From Girardia tigrina (lineage: Eukaryota): DNA of 60,340 nt. The notes under the pieces are model-generated. The model saw only the letters and a list, made by a program, of their open reading frames with translations, made no database searches and was not told where the DNA came from. A program made the translations under genes and the position numbers. The stretch is from assembly GCA_001938485.1 (NCBI GenBank), contig MQRK01233318.1:1-60340 (forward strand), in the 5' to 3' direction. Positions 40,340-52,700 of the stretch are shown in pieces; positions within the stretch are counted from its first letter, which is position 1; the number at the start of each line of letters is the position of its first letter.

Positions 40340-42600
40340 TCTAATCGTTTCACCACAGTCCCCTTCATCCACTGCCGTGTATAACGTGTACTTTGATTCG
40401 GTTTAAACCAGACCAGTTGGTTTTCTACAAATTTTGATAGTTTTTCTGAGCGATTCTATCCCAGTTGGTATATAATTATACATCTTCAGACTCGGCGGCT
40501 GCTTATTGTCGATCACCATACTGCTTCTAAAATGTCTATATTAGTACGACATAATATTCTCTTGATCGTTCTATGATTTCCCTCAATAATGCCGTTGCAA
40601 TTCGGTCTATTTACGGCCTAATAAATGACTTCGACATTGCATTTGTTCATTAACCTAAAAAAATATCTGAATGGAACGAACTATAATTATCGACTAATAA
40701 ATCTTGAGGTTCACCACATTCAGAAAATAGGCTTACTATTTCGAGACAATCTAATCAACACATTGTGATCTAATCTGCTTCCAAATTGCGAAACGTGACG
40801 GGTCACAATCGATGATACTCAAATAGTTCCTTTGATTATATTTCGCAACATCTATGGTTAATCTCGTCCAAATTTCACTAACATTCAACGTTCCCTCTTT
40901 CCATTTTATCGGCGCCAGGTAAATTGATTGTCATTACTGACATTTAGAAATTAAATTTTTAATGTCCGTATTTAATGCATCTATGTTCAGTTTTTTACAT
41001 AAGTACTGCATCCTCCTTGCTCCAAGATGACATTTCTTGTGAAGTTCCACAAGACTATCGTGACTACGTGAAATTAATAAACAACAATTACTCTGTTTTA
41101 CTTGATTTGGTACTCTTGTCAAATCGTCCGCCCGATTCTTCTCACTGTATACAGATTCAATCATCACTTTCATTTGATATTTTTTTACATAACTCTTAAA
41201 CGATCGCCAATCTTGTTCTAATCAACAGTTTACTGAACGCTTTAGTACTCAATTTACCACGATCAGCTAATACCGCGGATATCCAGGATACGACCGACTT
41301 GTTGTCCGATTTAACAATTACCTTTTTCATCCCTTATTTAATGCATAAGTTTAAACCTTTCACTACAGCTTCCAGTTCAGCTAAATTTATATGGCGGGAG
41401 TCGTCAGTTTTTCTTAACCATGACGCATCTTTGATTGTCTGGCCCTTGACTTCGAGCACAACATCGATCGCAATCGAGCTCGCGACGCACCATAAAATTC
41501 CTTCTTCCCAGTTATTTATGAACCATTTCCCCTTCACGGGTCGGCTTTCTCGACTCTTCTCATCACCCACTTGACATTTTCTATTACCTCTTCTCCTACT
41601 TTGTCCTCCTAGTTGCCCACACTGTTGCATTTCATATAAGAACAAATCGAACGCAGCCATCCCGCCACCGGGTATATCCCTACCAACTGACCCCAAATTG
41701 AATATAAATCGCGGTGTGATAAAGATGCAATATCGACGATTTCTCTTATATGATTATCTTTTTTCAATTTCAACGAATGACTCTTTTTAAAAACTTTCAA
41801 TCTAAGTCCCCGTACGTCTCGATCTTGGAAAATAGTTTCAGGAATCTTACAATTTAATTCAAACCCTGTTAAATTCATTGACGGAAAATTTTCTCTCATC
41901 CACAAAAATTTCATCAATATATGAGTCGACATGCTCTCGGATTCTTACACCATAATCTAGAACCCATGTGACAATTTCTGTCATAACTGACGGAGGAATG
42001 TTCAACCCAAATCTTATTCTTGTTAGCCCGTATTTCTTGTGGTCTATAATGCATGACTGATAACGCCACATATCTTCATGCACTCGTGCTTGCGTGTACG
42101 CATTTGAAAGATCAAGTATCGAAAATTTAGAACTCTTACTATGCCATTTTCGCAATGTCTCCAAGCAATTGTCGACCGAATCACTGTAAACGTCCACATA
42201 CTTGTTCAAGTTTCTGAAATCGAATACAGGACGAAACTTTTTCTTATTGCTTTGTACTATTCCAAATATAGAGTTCGATCCTACTGATTTCCCCATCTTC
42301 TTTTCATTGTAGTCAATTATATTTCTCTGAAATCTCTAAGGTCGCAACATCCTTCAATTTTTTGTCTTTAAAATTAGATTGCCAACTCAGCAGATAATTG
42401 GGGCACCAGCTTTGCAATTCCATTTGACCACCCAATGATCTTCGATTTCGATCTCGAAGTTTTGCTTTTAAATCCGAATTAAACCGGCCTCTAGCATTAC
42501 ACTCCCTAAAGTTCTGTTTTTATCCACAACCCCATTACTAAATTCAATATCACTTTTACGAATTGTTCTATGTTCCTCTATGGCGATCAACATAACTGCT
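40340..42600 (-). mobile_element. Ty3/Gypsy-type pol remnant, same broad family as 29330-31040
   Basis: FRPVFDFRNLN, LDLSNAY, FGLNIPP, SYIDEI, GIYPVAGWLR, WCVASS..HINLAELEA, and a degenerate integrase. Confidence 0.85.
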
Positions 42601-42609
42601 TTAACTAAC

Positions 42610-45010
42610 CATGACCGCGGCACTCTAGTCAGTGGTCTGCTTTGTTTTTCACAGACTGTACCAGACCAACGGTTACCACCAAGTCATTTTCCATCATCAG
42701 ATCTTCGATCATTGCCAACCTGCGCCTTGCCAGTACTTCACCCAAGACTTTGACACGGATAGGTTTATCCCCTAAAATTAATGACTGTAACCACCCGTAC
42801 ACTGTTGATGAACATTTTAAAAATTCTATGGTCTTCAACTTCCACAGAATCACCAGAATTATTCCACGAATCACAGCATCCAATTCTGCCAGGTTGATAT
42901 ATGCCCCGTCGTCGACCTTCCTTAACCTATCTTCTATGATACGACCGTCCACTTCTAAACAAACACCACTGGCAATACAACTTGCGTCACACCATACCTT
43001 TGCGACTCCATTTGATGGAGCCTTCCATACGCACCCCACTGGATCACCTTCCATAAGAATTCGCTTTCGTACACTCTCGATCATGGACACGACATTTTCA
43101 GTGATTTTTCCATCCACGTTCTCCACGTTCGTCATCCTTTTAATATAACTGTACTTGGGCGCAACCATCCCGCCACTGGAAAATGACCAATCAACTGACC
43201 ACACCAAGCGAATAATTGTCCCTGAGTTTTAATACCTTCTGTTGAATCCACTATATTGTTCCGTTTCCAAATCAACTCACCGCTCTGCCTTTCCAAACGC
43301 AATCCCAATATCCGACCACTCTCCGCACTATCTGGCTCTTTTGCTTATAACCCTAAACGTTTTAAATGATTAATAACAGTGTCACAAGAAATTATTTTTG
43401 TGTTCACAACGATGTCATCGATGTAAGAATCAGTACCGGTCCGTATGCTGGAATCCATCAATAAAACCTTATTCACAATAAGCAGGAGTGATTTTAGGTG
43501 CGACGTTGAGGTCAAATCCGAGACGAGTTAGACAATACTTCTGTCCGAAGTTCCACGATAGCCAAGTCATCCCCCATATGTCGTCATGAACGCAATTTGC
43601 TGCCGCAAACGTCTCCTTGAGAACTATATATATATTCGTTCAGTTATCGGTAATACATTACCGGTCGCTCCTTTGACTTGTTTCGTTGGATAACCGCCAT
43701 CAATGGTATTATTCCATCATTCGGACCGTCGTACTTTAACAACCCTCTGGATGATATCCATTCTTCAATTTCTTTAGTGAACTCTTCCTTGTGTGTCGCG
43801 GGAATATTATACCGTGTAACATGATTCCGCAACACCGGGGAGTCACCGAGACATATCCACTTTACCGTTCAGATTCCATCTACAAACACAGCATCGAAAT
43901 CCACGTCCTTGATCACCAACTCCGTTGTTGATATCGCCAACATACCACCACATTTAACGTCACTGCAACTCATAACTCGACCATCTGCACTGATTCTTAT
44001 ACCAACCAATCGATCCACATTATCCATACCTAATAATATATCGAACCACGGAACAACATTTGCCACTAGACAATCTATGTCCAATTTTTTACCAATTACC
44101 TCCACACTAACTCTACTGGATAGAAAACACTCCATTTCTGCTCCAGATAACATAATTATACTCTCTTCCTCAACCTGCTGCTTCTTCCAGGCCTTCCCAG
44201 TCGCCACTATCGATCGGGAGCATCCGGTGTCTAAGAGAGCTGTTGCTTTCTGATCATTCAAAATTACATCTAGGACTGGTAACTGTTGCGCCCAAAATCT
44301 GGAGAAGCCGCTGGTGCAGAGTTGCGTATTTCCCTTGCTTGTTTTTTGACTTTTTGCAATCCCGGAATATATGACCTGCAACATTACAATTATAACATAT
44401 CATTTGTCGTCTGCCCTGAACTGTCAGCGCCTTTTGAGGAGTTGCGGGCTATATGGCCGCTGTTCCCACTCGTGATATGCCCCAAAACTTGGGTTTTCAA
44501 CCCAATAAAGCACGTTTCACATGATCGCACCAACAATCTGGTCTTTTCTACTACATGAGGAAGCTCTAACATTGCTATTGAAATCTACGCCCGCAGTTGC
44601 TTCTTCACTTCGTCCGGCAACCCATTAACAAAAGTACACACTTTTCACTTAGATCCCCAACTATGAGACTTAACCGAGTTAGATCGGCTAAATATACATC
44701 GACCGATTCTCCGACGGCCAACCGGCGACTGTTGAATTTCTCGTACGCCTTGAGCGAATCTACAGAAAAAGCTGAAGTCAGAGCCCTTTTTACCGCAAAA
44801 TAATCCATTTTCTTATCTTTCGACAAGGCTTGATATACCACTAACGCTCTCCCACACAAGAACAGTGGAATGAAATTCTCTAACGACTCGATTTTTTGAA
44901 GCTTCCTAACCAGCTCCAACTTCTGCACCCACTCGACGAAATCTCCAGCCCCGTCGTATTGTTTGATCATCTCCGATAACTTCAGTGCCATGGCCGCGAT
45001 AGCCTATTCT
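42610..45010 (-). mobile_element. Ty3/Gypsy-type element: gag-protease-RT-RNaseH, truncated before integrase
   Basis: gag starts MALKLSEMIKQYDG (44991). Zinc knuckle CYNCNVAGHIFRDC plus a degenerate second knuckle, protease LLDTGC, SYIDDI, WCDAS and INLAELDA. Confidence 0.9.
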
Positions 45011-45667
45011 GGAAAATAAATCAGGAAGAATAAGTCGCAATTCCAAAATTTATTTTTCAACAACAACTGACGATTAAAACAAATGAATTTAAATAAATTA
45101 ATAAATATTCATTAATTTAACACATAATTTATTATACTTAAATTATAAAACTTAAATTAACTAAAATTATATATCAGTGTGTATATTTCAAGTAGGATGT
45201 CTTGTTATGCTAAAAAATGAAACATTGTTCCTCAGAAATTTATTTAAAAAATCATTGTTTGTTAGAAATAAAATTTTGGTGTTAATTAATTCTAATTCTG
45301 ACCAACAAGGCCCATAAAATCAGTGTCATAAGATTAATAAAAATATCTACAATTTTTTCATGATTTTCGTCATCTTCATTTCATAAAGTTATAGTATTGA
45401 GTAAAAACCCGAATTTAAAATTAAGATCTTTTATTTTAGTAAATCGTGTTTTTAACATCTGTTGCAGAAATCATTGTTTTGTGAGAATATTCATGTCAAT
45501 ATCCCATTTGTTACATATAGATTCTGAGGTAAAGGGGGTAATTTCCTACCATAGAATCTCAAATTTAAACGTAGAACAATGTAGCCAGATTAATGACTTT
45601 GACAAAAAAACTCAAATTGTATTGGTTTCCAACATTCGTTGTTTAATTATAATTTTCTTAAGAGTTC

Positions 45668-46740
45668 AATTAATTTAATTTAATTTAATTTAACAGTATC
45701 AATTAGGTGAAATCAAATCACATCTAGATCATCATCCCTTATCCGAAGGTAAAAAAAGAAGTCTAGAAACTGAACTGAAGTTAACCCTCATTGATGGGAA
45801 ACTATAGCTAAAGTTTTTGACAGCTTAATGTTAGGCAATGCCATAGTTATTTATTTTCTCTTCTGTGATGTGAAGCATGATTATTTGATAGTGTTTGGTG
45901 TAAAGTTTGATAATGTGTTTGGCCCCTGTGGTTAAATATTTAAGGATATCGTCGGGTTGCCAATCCATTTTGTTGAGAAGCTTGCCATTGCATTCGTACT
46001 AACGACCAAGGGAACATACAATGAAATGAAAGATGGTCACAGATTTGTGAAGTCGATTTTCCATATGAGTTTTTACATCGAGATAGTAGGAGTGGGCTTC
46101 TTCCTGTTTCGCTAAGAATTGGTTTTCGGCGTCAAATGAGCATTTAACTTCGATTATCCATACTTGGTTATCTCTGAAGAAAACCGTCTTTTGTTTGATT
46201 CATTTGGGATTTGTGGGTTCTTTCCTTTTTGATAGACACAGGACCGAAGCGTTGAATGAGGAACTTTTCAAGGCCTTTGGTGATTACGTAATGTTTCATA
46301 GTTTCGAGAGGGTGCAACCATTCAATATGTACATAAGTGATTCAGGAAGAAGGTTTACATCGACGGTACATATTAGTCGGGTTTGAGTTAAAGAGGTAAG
46401 TTTGGAATATGCAAACTAGTTAGCCAAGTCTTGCTCTAAGAATGAAGTACCATGCGTCAAAAGTTATCCAAACATTCATAATGATTTTTTTGAGATTCAG
46501 GTTGGCAGTGGTTTGAGGGAAGATATTTATTGATCGTTTGTCTTGAACTAGGAGGAATTTATGAGCTTGATTAATATAATTTAAAAAGAATGGAAGAAAT
46601 TACCTTTTCATTTGTGATATTTGTTGTGGTGTTGTCGCTGTAAACATTTTTTGGGAAATGAACTATTTTGCTTTGAGCCCCCAAGTTATCGTGAACGACC
46701 CGTAAGATATTTCTACATTAATGTTGTCTCTGTACTGATA
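45668..46740 (-). mobile_element. 3' part of an RLE-type non-LTR retrotransposon
   Basis: Degenerate CCHC knuckle (RRC..ESLMYILNGC), an endonuclease-like VWIIEVKCSFD and FIVCSLG, then a 3' UTR ending in a (TTAAA)n tail at about 45668-45693. Confidence 0.65.
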
Positions 46741-46942
46741 CTAGAGCCCGCATATATTCATTCAATTATCCCCCTATTCTTATAACACCTCAACCTCCAC
46801 ACCATCTGCAAGCAGTGATAGGTAATGAGGACCTTCCAGGTTTGAGACCTTCACAGGTTTAGTACCAGATAGGCCAGATCAGCTCTAGTGAGTATGGTGT
46901 GAAATATTTTAACAGACAATCCGACCCCATAGGAGGCCTATC

Positions 46943-47044
46943 GGGAGGCTGCTAGTGATTCTTTAGTTTGGGTGTACCCTCTAAAGAGCCTAGAGGCTCA
47001 ACACGATTCGAAAAAGATAGGAGGCCCAATAGACAATCCATCTT
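46943..47044. repeat. ~100-nt structured interspersed repeat, copy 2
   Basis: Matches 612-712 with few substitutions. Confidence 0.75.
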
Positions 47045-48525
47045 TATGATCAATTATAAATTACTGTTATTAAAAAGGTTGAACCCGAATAGCTGTAGCG
47101 CGATTCTCCTTTCTATGTTTTATTTTGCTGCTAAGACGTATGTTCAGGACGAAGACAGAACAAGATTAATTTTAAATTTAACTCAAATGTATTTTAAATG
47201 ACCATCAAATAACAAGATGTATAGTTCAGAAATATTTATTTACTAAAACATTTGATAACTTTGTTGACATTCTTCTTTAGCTTCTGGTGCTATCGTCTCA
47301 TTAAGTAGTCTTCGCATCGGTAGTCGGCAGTTGATCATTGAATGCCACGCGTCTCAAACTCAACTCTTTTGCGATCCTCGGCCTTTTCACGCAACATTAG
47401 ACGTATATCTTCGGTGTAGAGTTTTTCCACTTCTCGCAGTCGGGTTTCGAAAGTGATGGTGAACTCTTAACTTCTTAATTAATTTTATATTAAAAAATTG
47501 GGCTATTTAAATCAGCAATCGACACTGAATTATTCGGTCATAGATTTTGGAGCCGGATTGAATACCTCGGGATACCACCTTGATCTTATAATTAAACTGC
47601 ACCGAAACACACACCAAAATTTCTCTTTTAATCGGTTGGTCATTTCCCAACCACAATCGACTTGATCGAACCACTCGTTCGAGTGAAGAGCATAAAATCT
47701 CGATTGCAAATCAATCCAATTGTTAAAAAATTGTAATGGATTCACAGTCGAACTTCGTAGATCGACACAGTCCCATTAATTATGAAATTTCATTTTAAAT
47801 TGTACTCCGATCGGCAAGACTCGCAAATTACAGTACAGAGATAATTTCAGTTGATCTTTATGGTCTGTGTGATTTTCTTTGCAGAATCAATGATATTATA
47901 AGCGCAATATTATATTATAATTATAATATATGTTATTTGTTTATAAAAACATAAACTATTTATGACAAAGAAATCTATATACTACATTAGGTTTGAACAA
48001 TATGTATTACTTACCCTTTTATTTTATAAAAAATAATTTTTCTAATTAAATCTAAATTATTCCTGTAATACTTTCTGAGGCAAGATCGAGCTGTAGAGAT
48101 CAGTACCTCCTCAATGTGCGGAAAATTGTCGTTCGACGGGACGGGTCAACCGATCTAGTACCGACCAGAATTTGATTGGACCCGACCAGTGCTGGTCGGA
48201 GTACTGCTAAGTAACGGTCGCTCGTCCAAACCGCGTTAGATTCTCTGTGAACGCCGAGGTAACTCGAAAAGGTGGATGGTTCGTTCGGTTCGTCGAAAAG
48301 CAACCCGAGTGTGCGGTCGGTGATGTGGGTATCTGCCATGCATCTCCGACTTGTGTAAGGGTATGGCGCATGTGATCTGACCGATTGAGGTAGCTGCCGC
48401 ACTGTGTGGTTCGATTTATCATCCATTAAAATTTCAGAGTGATGAAATAATCTCGATTTATCACATATATTTATTTTTCAGTAAATTACAAAATTTGAAT
48501 TGGTCACGCATTTACTTATTTAATT

Positions 48526-49580
48526 CGTGGTCATTCAAAATTTCCAAATCAAAATGTCCAAATTTAAAATGTCCAAAAATCAAAATGTTTACTAAATTTT
48601 TATCAATACGGTCCTAATAGACGACAGAAATTAGAATATAATAGTATATGTATTTTTTATTCAGATACAATGATTGATAAATTACAGGTTTATTGGGTGT
48701 GGTACATCGATGGTACTTTTGATACTTGTTCTGAGGGATGGAAATATATATATACAATATCAATCATTGTTGAATATCTTGTAATTCCAATAGTTTTTGC
48801 ATTATTACCTTCAAAATCGTATACAATTTATTTTGAGTTTATCAATATATTAAAATCTCTGGTAATTGACCCAGATATTATTATAATGGATTTAAGAATG
48901 CATTTCCTGGGTCTCGTTTAATTGAATCCTTTCATTTGGCAAAGAATATTCACAGAAAAAATGATCAAAACTCTTTGGAGATCGAATATGCCACTAATGA
49001 AACTTTAACAAGATTTGTTGATTTAAGCCCTAAACACTAATAGATTTTTTTGTCTTAATTCTTTATATGACCATTTTTCGTAACATACATCGCCACTACC
49101 AAGCTTTCAGATCACTCTATGGAATAATAGATCTAGCAATATAGAAAATACCCCGCGTACAAACAACGCCAACGAAGGATGGTATAATATTTTTAGAGCA
49201 ACATTTGGAGCTCTTAATAAAACACCAAGAAACTTTGTTAAAAAGTTAGTCCACGAAGAATAAGCCATTCCTCAAAAGATTTTAAGAATTGAGGTAGGTA
49301 AAAATTACGTAGCACGCGCAAATACGTTGTAATAAGTGATAGATTAAAGGAATTTATTATTGAAAAAGAAACAAATAGGATGTTACCTGAGGACTATTTT
49401 TGGGATTTAGTTGAAAGAATATGTTATTAAAATGTTATCTTTTTCACTTTAATTTTTTATACTTTAGAATTTTATTTCTTTTAGTAATTCAGTATTTTAT
49501 AAATTGAATGAATCCCTTTGAATGTTTTCAATTTATATTTTTCATTTGAATTGAAAATTTGGACATTTTGAATGACAACC
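48526..49580 (+). mobile_element. MULE/Mutator transposon, internally deleted
   Basis: WYIDGTF, PIVFALLPSKS, IIMD and PRTNNANEGWYN. Inverted ends GTCATTCAAAAT..CAAAATGTCCAAA / TTTGGACATTTTGAATGAC. Confidence 0.85.
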
Positions 49581-49773
49581 ATATAATTAGTTCCATAAAA
49601 CAACAAAAAAATGTTGATGGTTTTTAGAGCACCACACTTTCATTTATACCTCTTTTGAATAATAAAATCTGCTTTTATAAATCTCTGTTAAAAATATTAT
49701 TTAAAAATCGAAAAATTTATTATTAGAAAAGGTAAAATTAATAGAAAAAATTGTCATGTTCATAATTGATTGA

Positions 49774-52700
49774 TTATTCGAAGAATCTCTTCCAATCTTC
49801 AGGGTTAATATCACCAGAGACTTTATCTAGCCCACAAACAAGATCCTTTTTCACCCAACTTAAAGCAATTAAAATATACATAGAAACTATAACTCAAACT
49901 AATTTTACTGCAACAATGATAGTCGATCAGATATATCTGAATAATTTTGGGTTGCTTCTTCCAATAATAGTATTCCTATACTTACCGCCAATGAACAATT
50001 TAAACATAAACAATCAAACCCATGTATATTCTCGACATAGAAAAAGCTAATCTCCTTGAAGAAAGTTGCATCATATTTGCATTTGAACAATTACTAGATA
50101 TAAAATTTTCGAGAGTCAAAATAGAATTCGTCAGGTAAAGATTTTCATCTGAATAATCTTTATTATTCAAATTTTGTAATTTATCTAAACATTTCTTTTT
50201 AAAAATCTTGAATAATTCGGTATTAGAATTATCAAGATTCAAAGATCGTAAAACGTCAAGGCTTAAAATATTAGTGGTTCCTTCCCAAATAGGTAGAACC
50301 TTCAAATAGTTTAACATTGAATACAAATTTATTTCAAAATCAACCTGTGCATCTCTTAACATTCCAGGAAGACCTGTAGATTCTATATAACCTTGCCCAC
50401 CAAAACATTCTAATCCTTCCGATATCACTTTCATTGCCTTAGAAAAAATTATTGTTTTATAATCATTTTTATTTTTAGTATTTGATTAAAAGAATAAATT
50501 TCATGTAAGAAATTCAAAGTAACAAGCTAATTATATGATTACAAAGACGTTCTATTTAATGAGTTAAGGTTGTCCTTTTTAAAACGAACTTTGCAAGTTT
50601 AATTTTAAAAGGGTTTTGAAACTAAAACAAATTTTAATTTCTCGTATTACAATAGGGATATGTTTTGTNNNNNNNNNNNNNNNNNNNNNNNNNNNNNNNN
50701 NNNNNNNNNNNNNNNNNNNNNNNNNNNNNNNNNNNNNNNNNNNNNNNNNNNNNNNNNNNNNNNNNNNNNNNNNNNNNNNNNNNNNNNNNNNNNNNNNNNN
50801 NNNNNNNNNNNNNNNNNNNNNNNNNNNNNNNNNNNNNNNNNNNNNNNNNNNNNNNNNNNNNNNNNNNNNNNNNNNNNNNNNNNNNNNNNNNNNNNNNNNN
50901 NNNNNNNNNNNNNNNNNNNNNNNNNNNNNNNNNNNNNNNNNNNNNNNNNNNNNNNNNNNNNNNNNNNNNNNNNNNNNNNNNNNNNNNNNNNNNNNNNNNN
51001 NNNNNNNNNNNNNNNNNNNNNNNNNNNNNNNNNNNNNNNNNNNNNNNNNNNNNNAAAAGGGACATAAAGTGACAAGAGGGGGAGGGGTCAAAATATGCTT
51101 ATTTTTTATAGGACGTCCTTAATGGATGCTCCCTTACAGGATCAGATACAGAATATATTTTATTCGTTCTACACGGTCAACAGATGCAGATCTCCGAACT
51201 TTCAAGGCTCTGATTCGTTTTGGTACCTGATCTCAGACTGAAATAACATCTATTAGTACTTTAAATATAAAAAAGACAATCTAATGAAATATCTGGTCAT
51301 ATTGGATAGTTGCGACCGGCATGCAGTGTCCTCAAACGGCTCGCCAGCGATACTGACTGGGACGCCCCGATAGAACCACACGTGTCCGAGATCGTAAAGC
51401 AGCTATGGAATTCAGAAACCTATTTTTGAAGGCTTTTTACTCAATAAATTTTCTCCAAACTTTGTACACTTACTCATTTTCGATGACAATAAATGATTAT
51501 GTAAAAATTTTATCAAACTTTTTTTGCAAAAAACATTTTACCACAAATGTTTAAACTGTATCAAATAGAAATATTTTGTTTTTTTGTCTTCCATGCTTTA
51601 CAATAAATTTATTGTGTTATTAAATTGCAAATTGGAGTGGTTAAAATTTTTTGTATAAAATTTTCCCTTCTACAAAATATTTAAATAGTTACTAATAACA
51701 TAATAAATAACTAGAAAAAGATCCATCATATATGACGAGTGAGTTGAAAGTTTTTGTTTTAATTCTTAAATCATAATTTTTATAATTTATTATTTATTGT
51801 TTCGAATTCTGTGTTGATTTAACAGTTGGTCAATTAAGTCGGATCCTGGCGCCTTTAGGTGAAGCCACTACACAGACAGAACCGTTTCGATTAGGCTATG
51901 CAAATACACCTCAACTTTACGCGGATTCACTTCCTCTTCCTCCACTATTTCGAATTTTATCAGCATATATATGATCATAGTAAAATTTGAACTTGACCGA
52001 TAAACCATGAGTCAAATGATAACGAAATTTTGCAAATTTTTACCAACATAATTAGTAAATAAATGATAGAAATCGTCATTTATCAATTGAATTAGCATGT
52101 TCTTAGTATTTTTTTTTAAAATTCTCATCAAATTCCTTGTAGGAATCATCAAAATCGTAATTATTCCAAATCAGTGTTGATTTAACCATTTGACGATCTG
52201 CACGGTTTTCGGTCGATTTCATCGGCTTCCCAGCATCATTTGGAGAAGGGGCTGTACCGACAGAACCGTCTCGATTTTGCTATCCAGATGGACCACATCC
52301 TTACGAGGAATCAATCCGGTTCCTCCGTAATTTCCGATTTTGAAAATTTGATCATAGCGTGACCGACAAACAAACAAACACACTTTTTAAACAAATATTA
52401 TATACAACCCCAATACAAAAGTATCCGGACACTTGATATTTTAAGCAAACTAAAATTTTCAAATGTCTATAACATGAAAAGTATAATTCAGAAGCAATTG
52501 TTATTTTGTCTGGAATCAAGTAATTATGTTAGTAGCGCATTCCAATAAAGATTTGTGTCTAAATATTTATTAGACACAGATATTGCAGTGTCTATAATAT
52601 TACAAAACTATTAAAATTGCAAAATTACCCACCAAAAAAGTATCCGGACAATCAGAGTTCAACACAAAAGTATTCTGACATTAGAATTTGATATTTCGTA

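Noticed and set aside
42642-44803. Plus-strand ORFs over the LTR elements (also 29549-30596, 32962-33910)
   Set aside because: Antisense shadows of minus-strand gag/pol.
46860-47044. HDV-like ribozyme on the minus strand (GCCTCCT motifs beside an RLE LINE)
   Set aside because: I could not assemble P1/P1', the P1.1 GG or a proper J4/2. Kept only as an unclassified structure.
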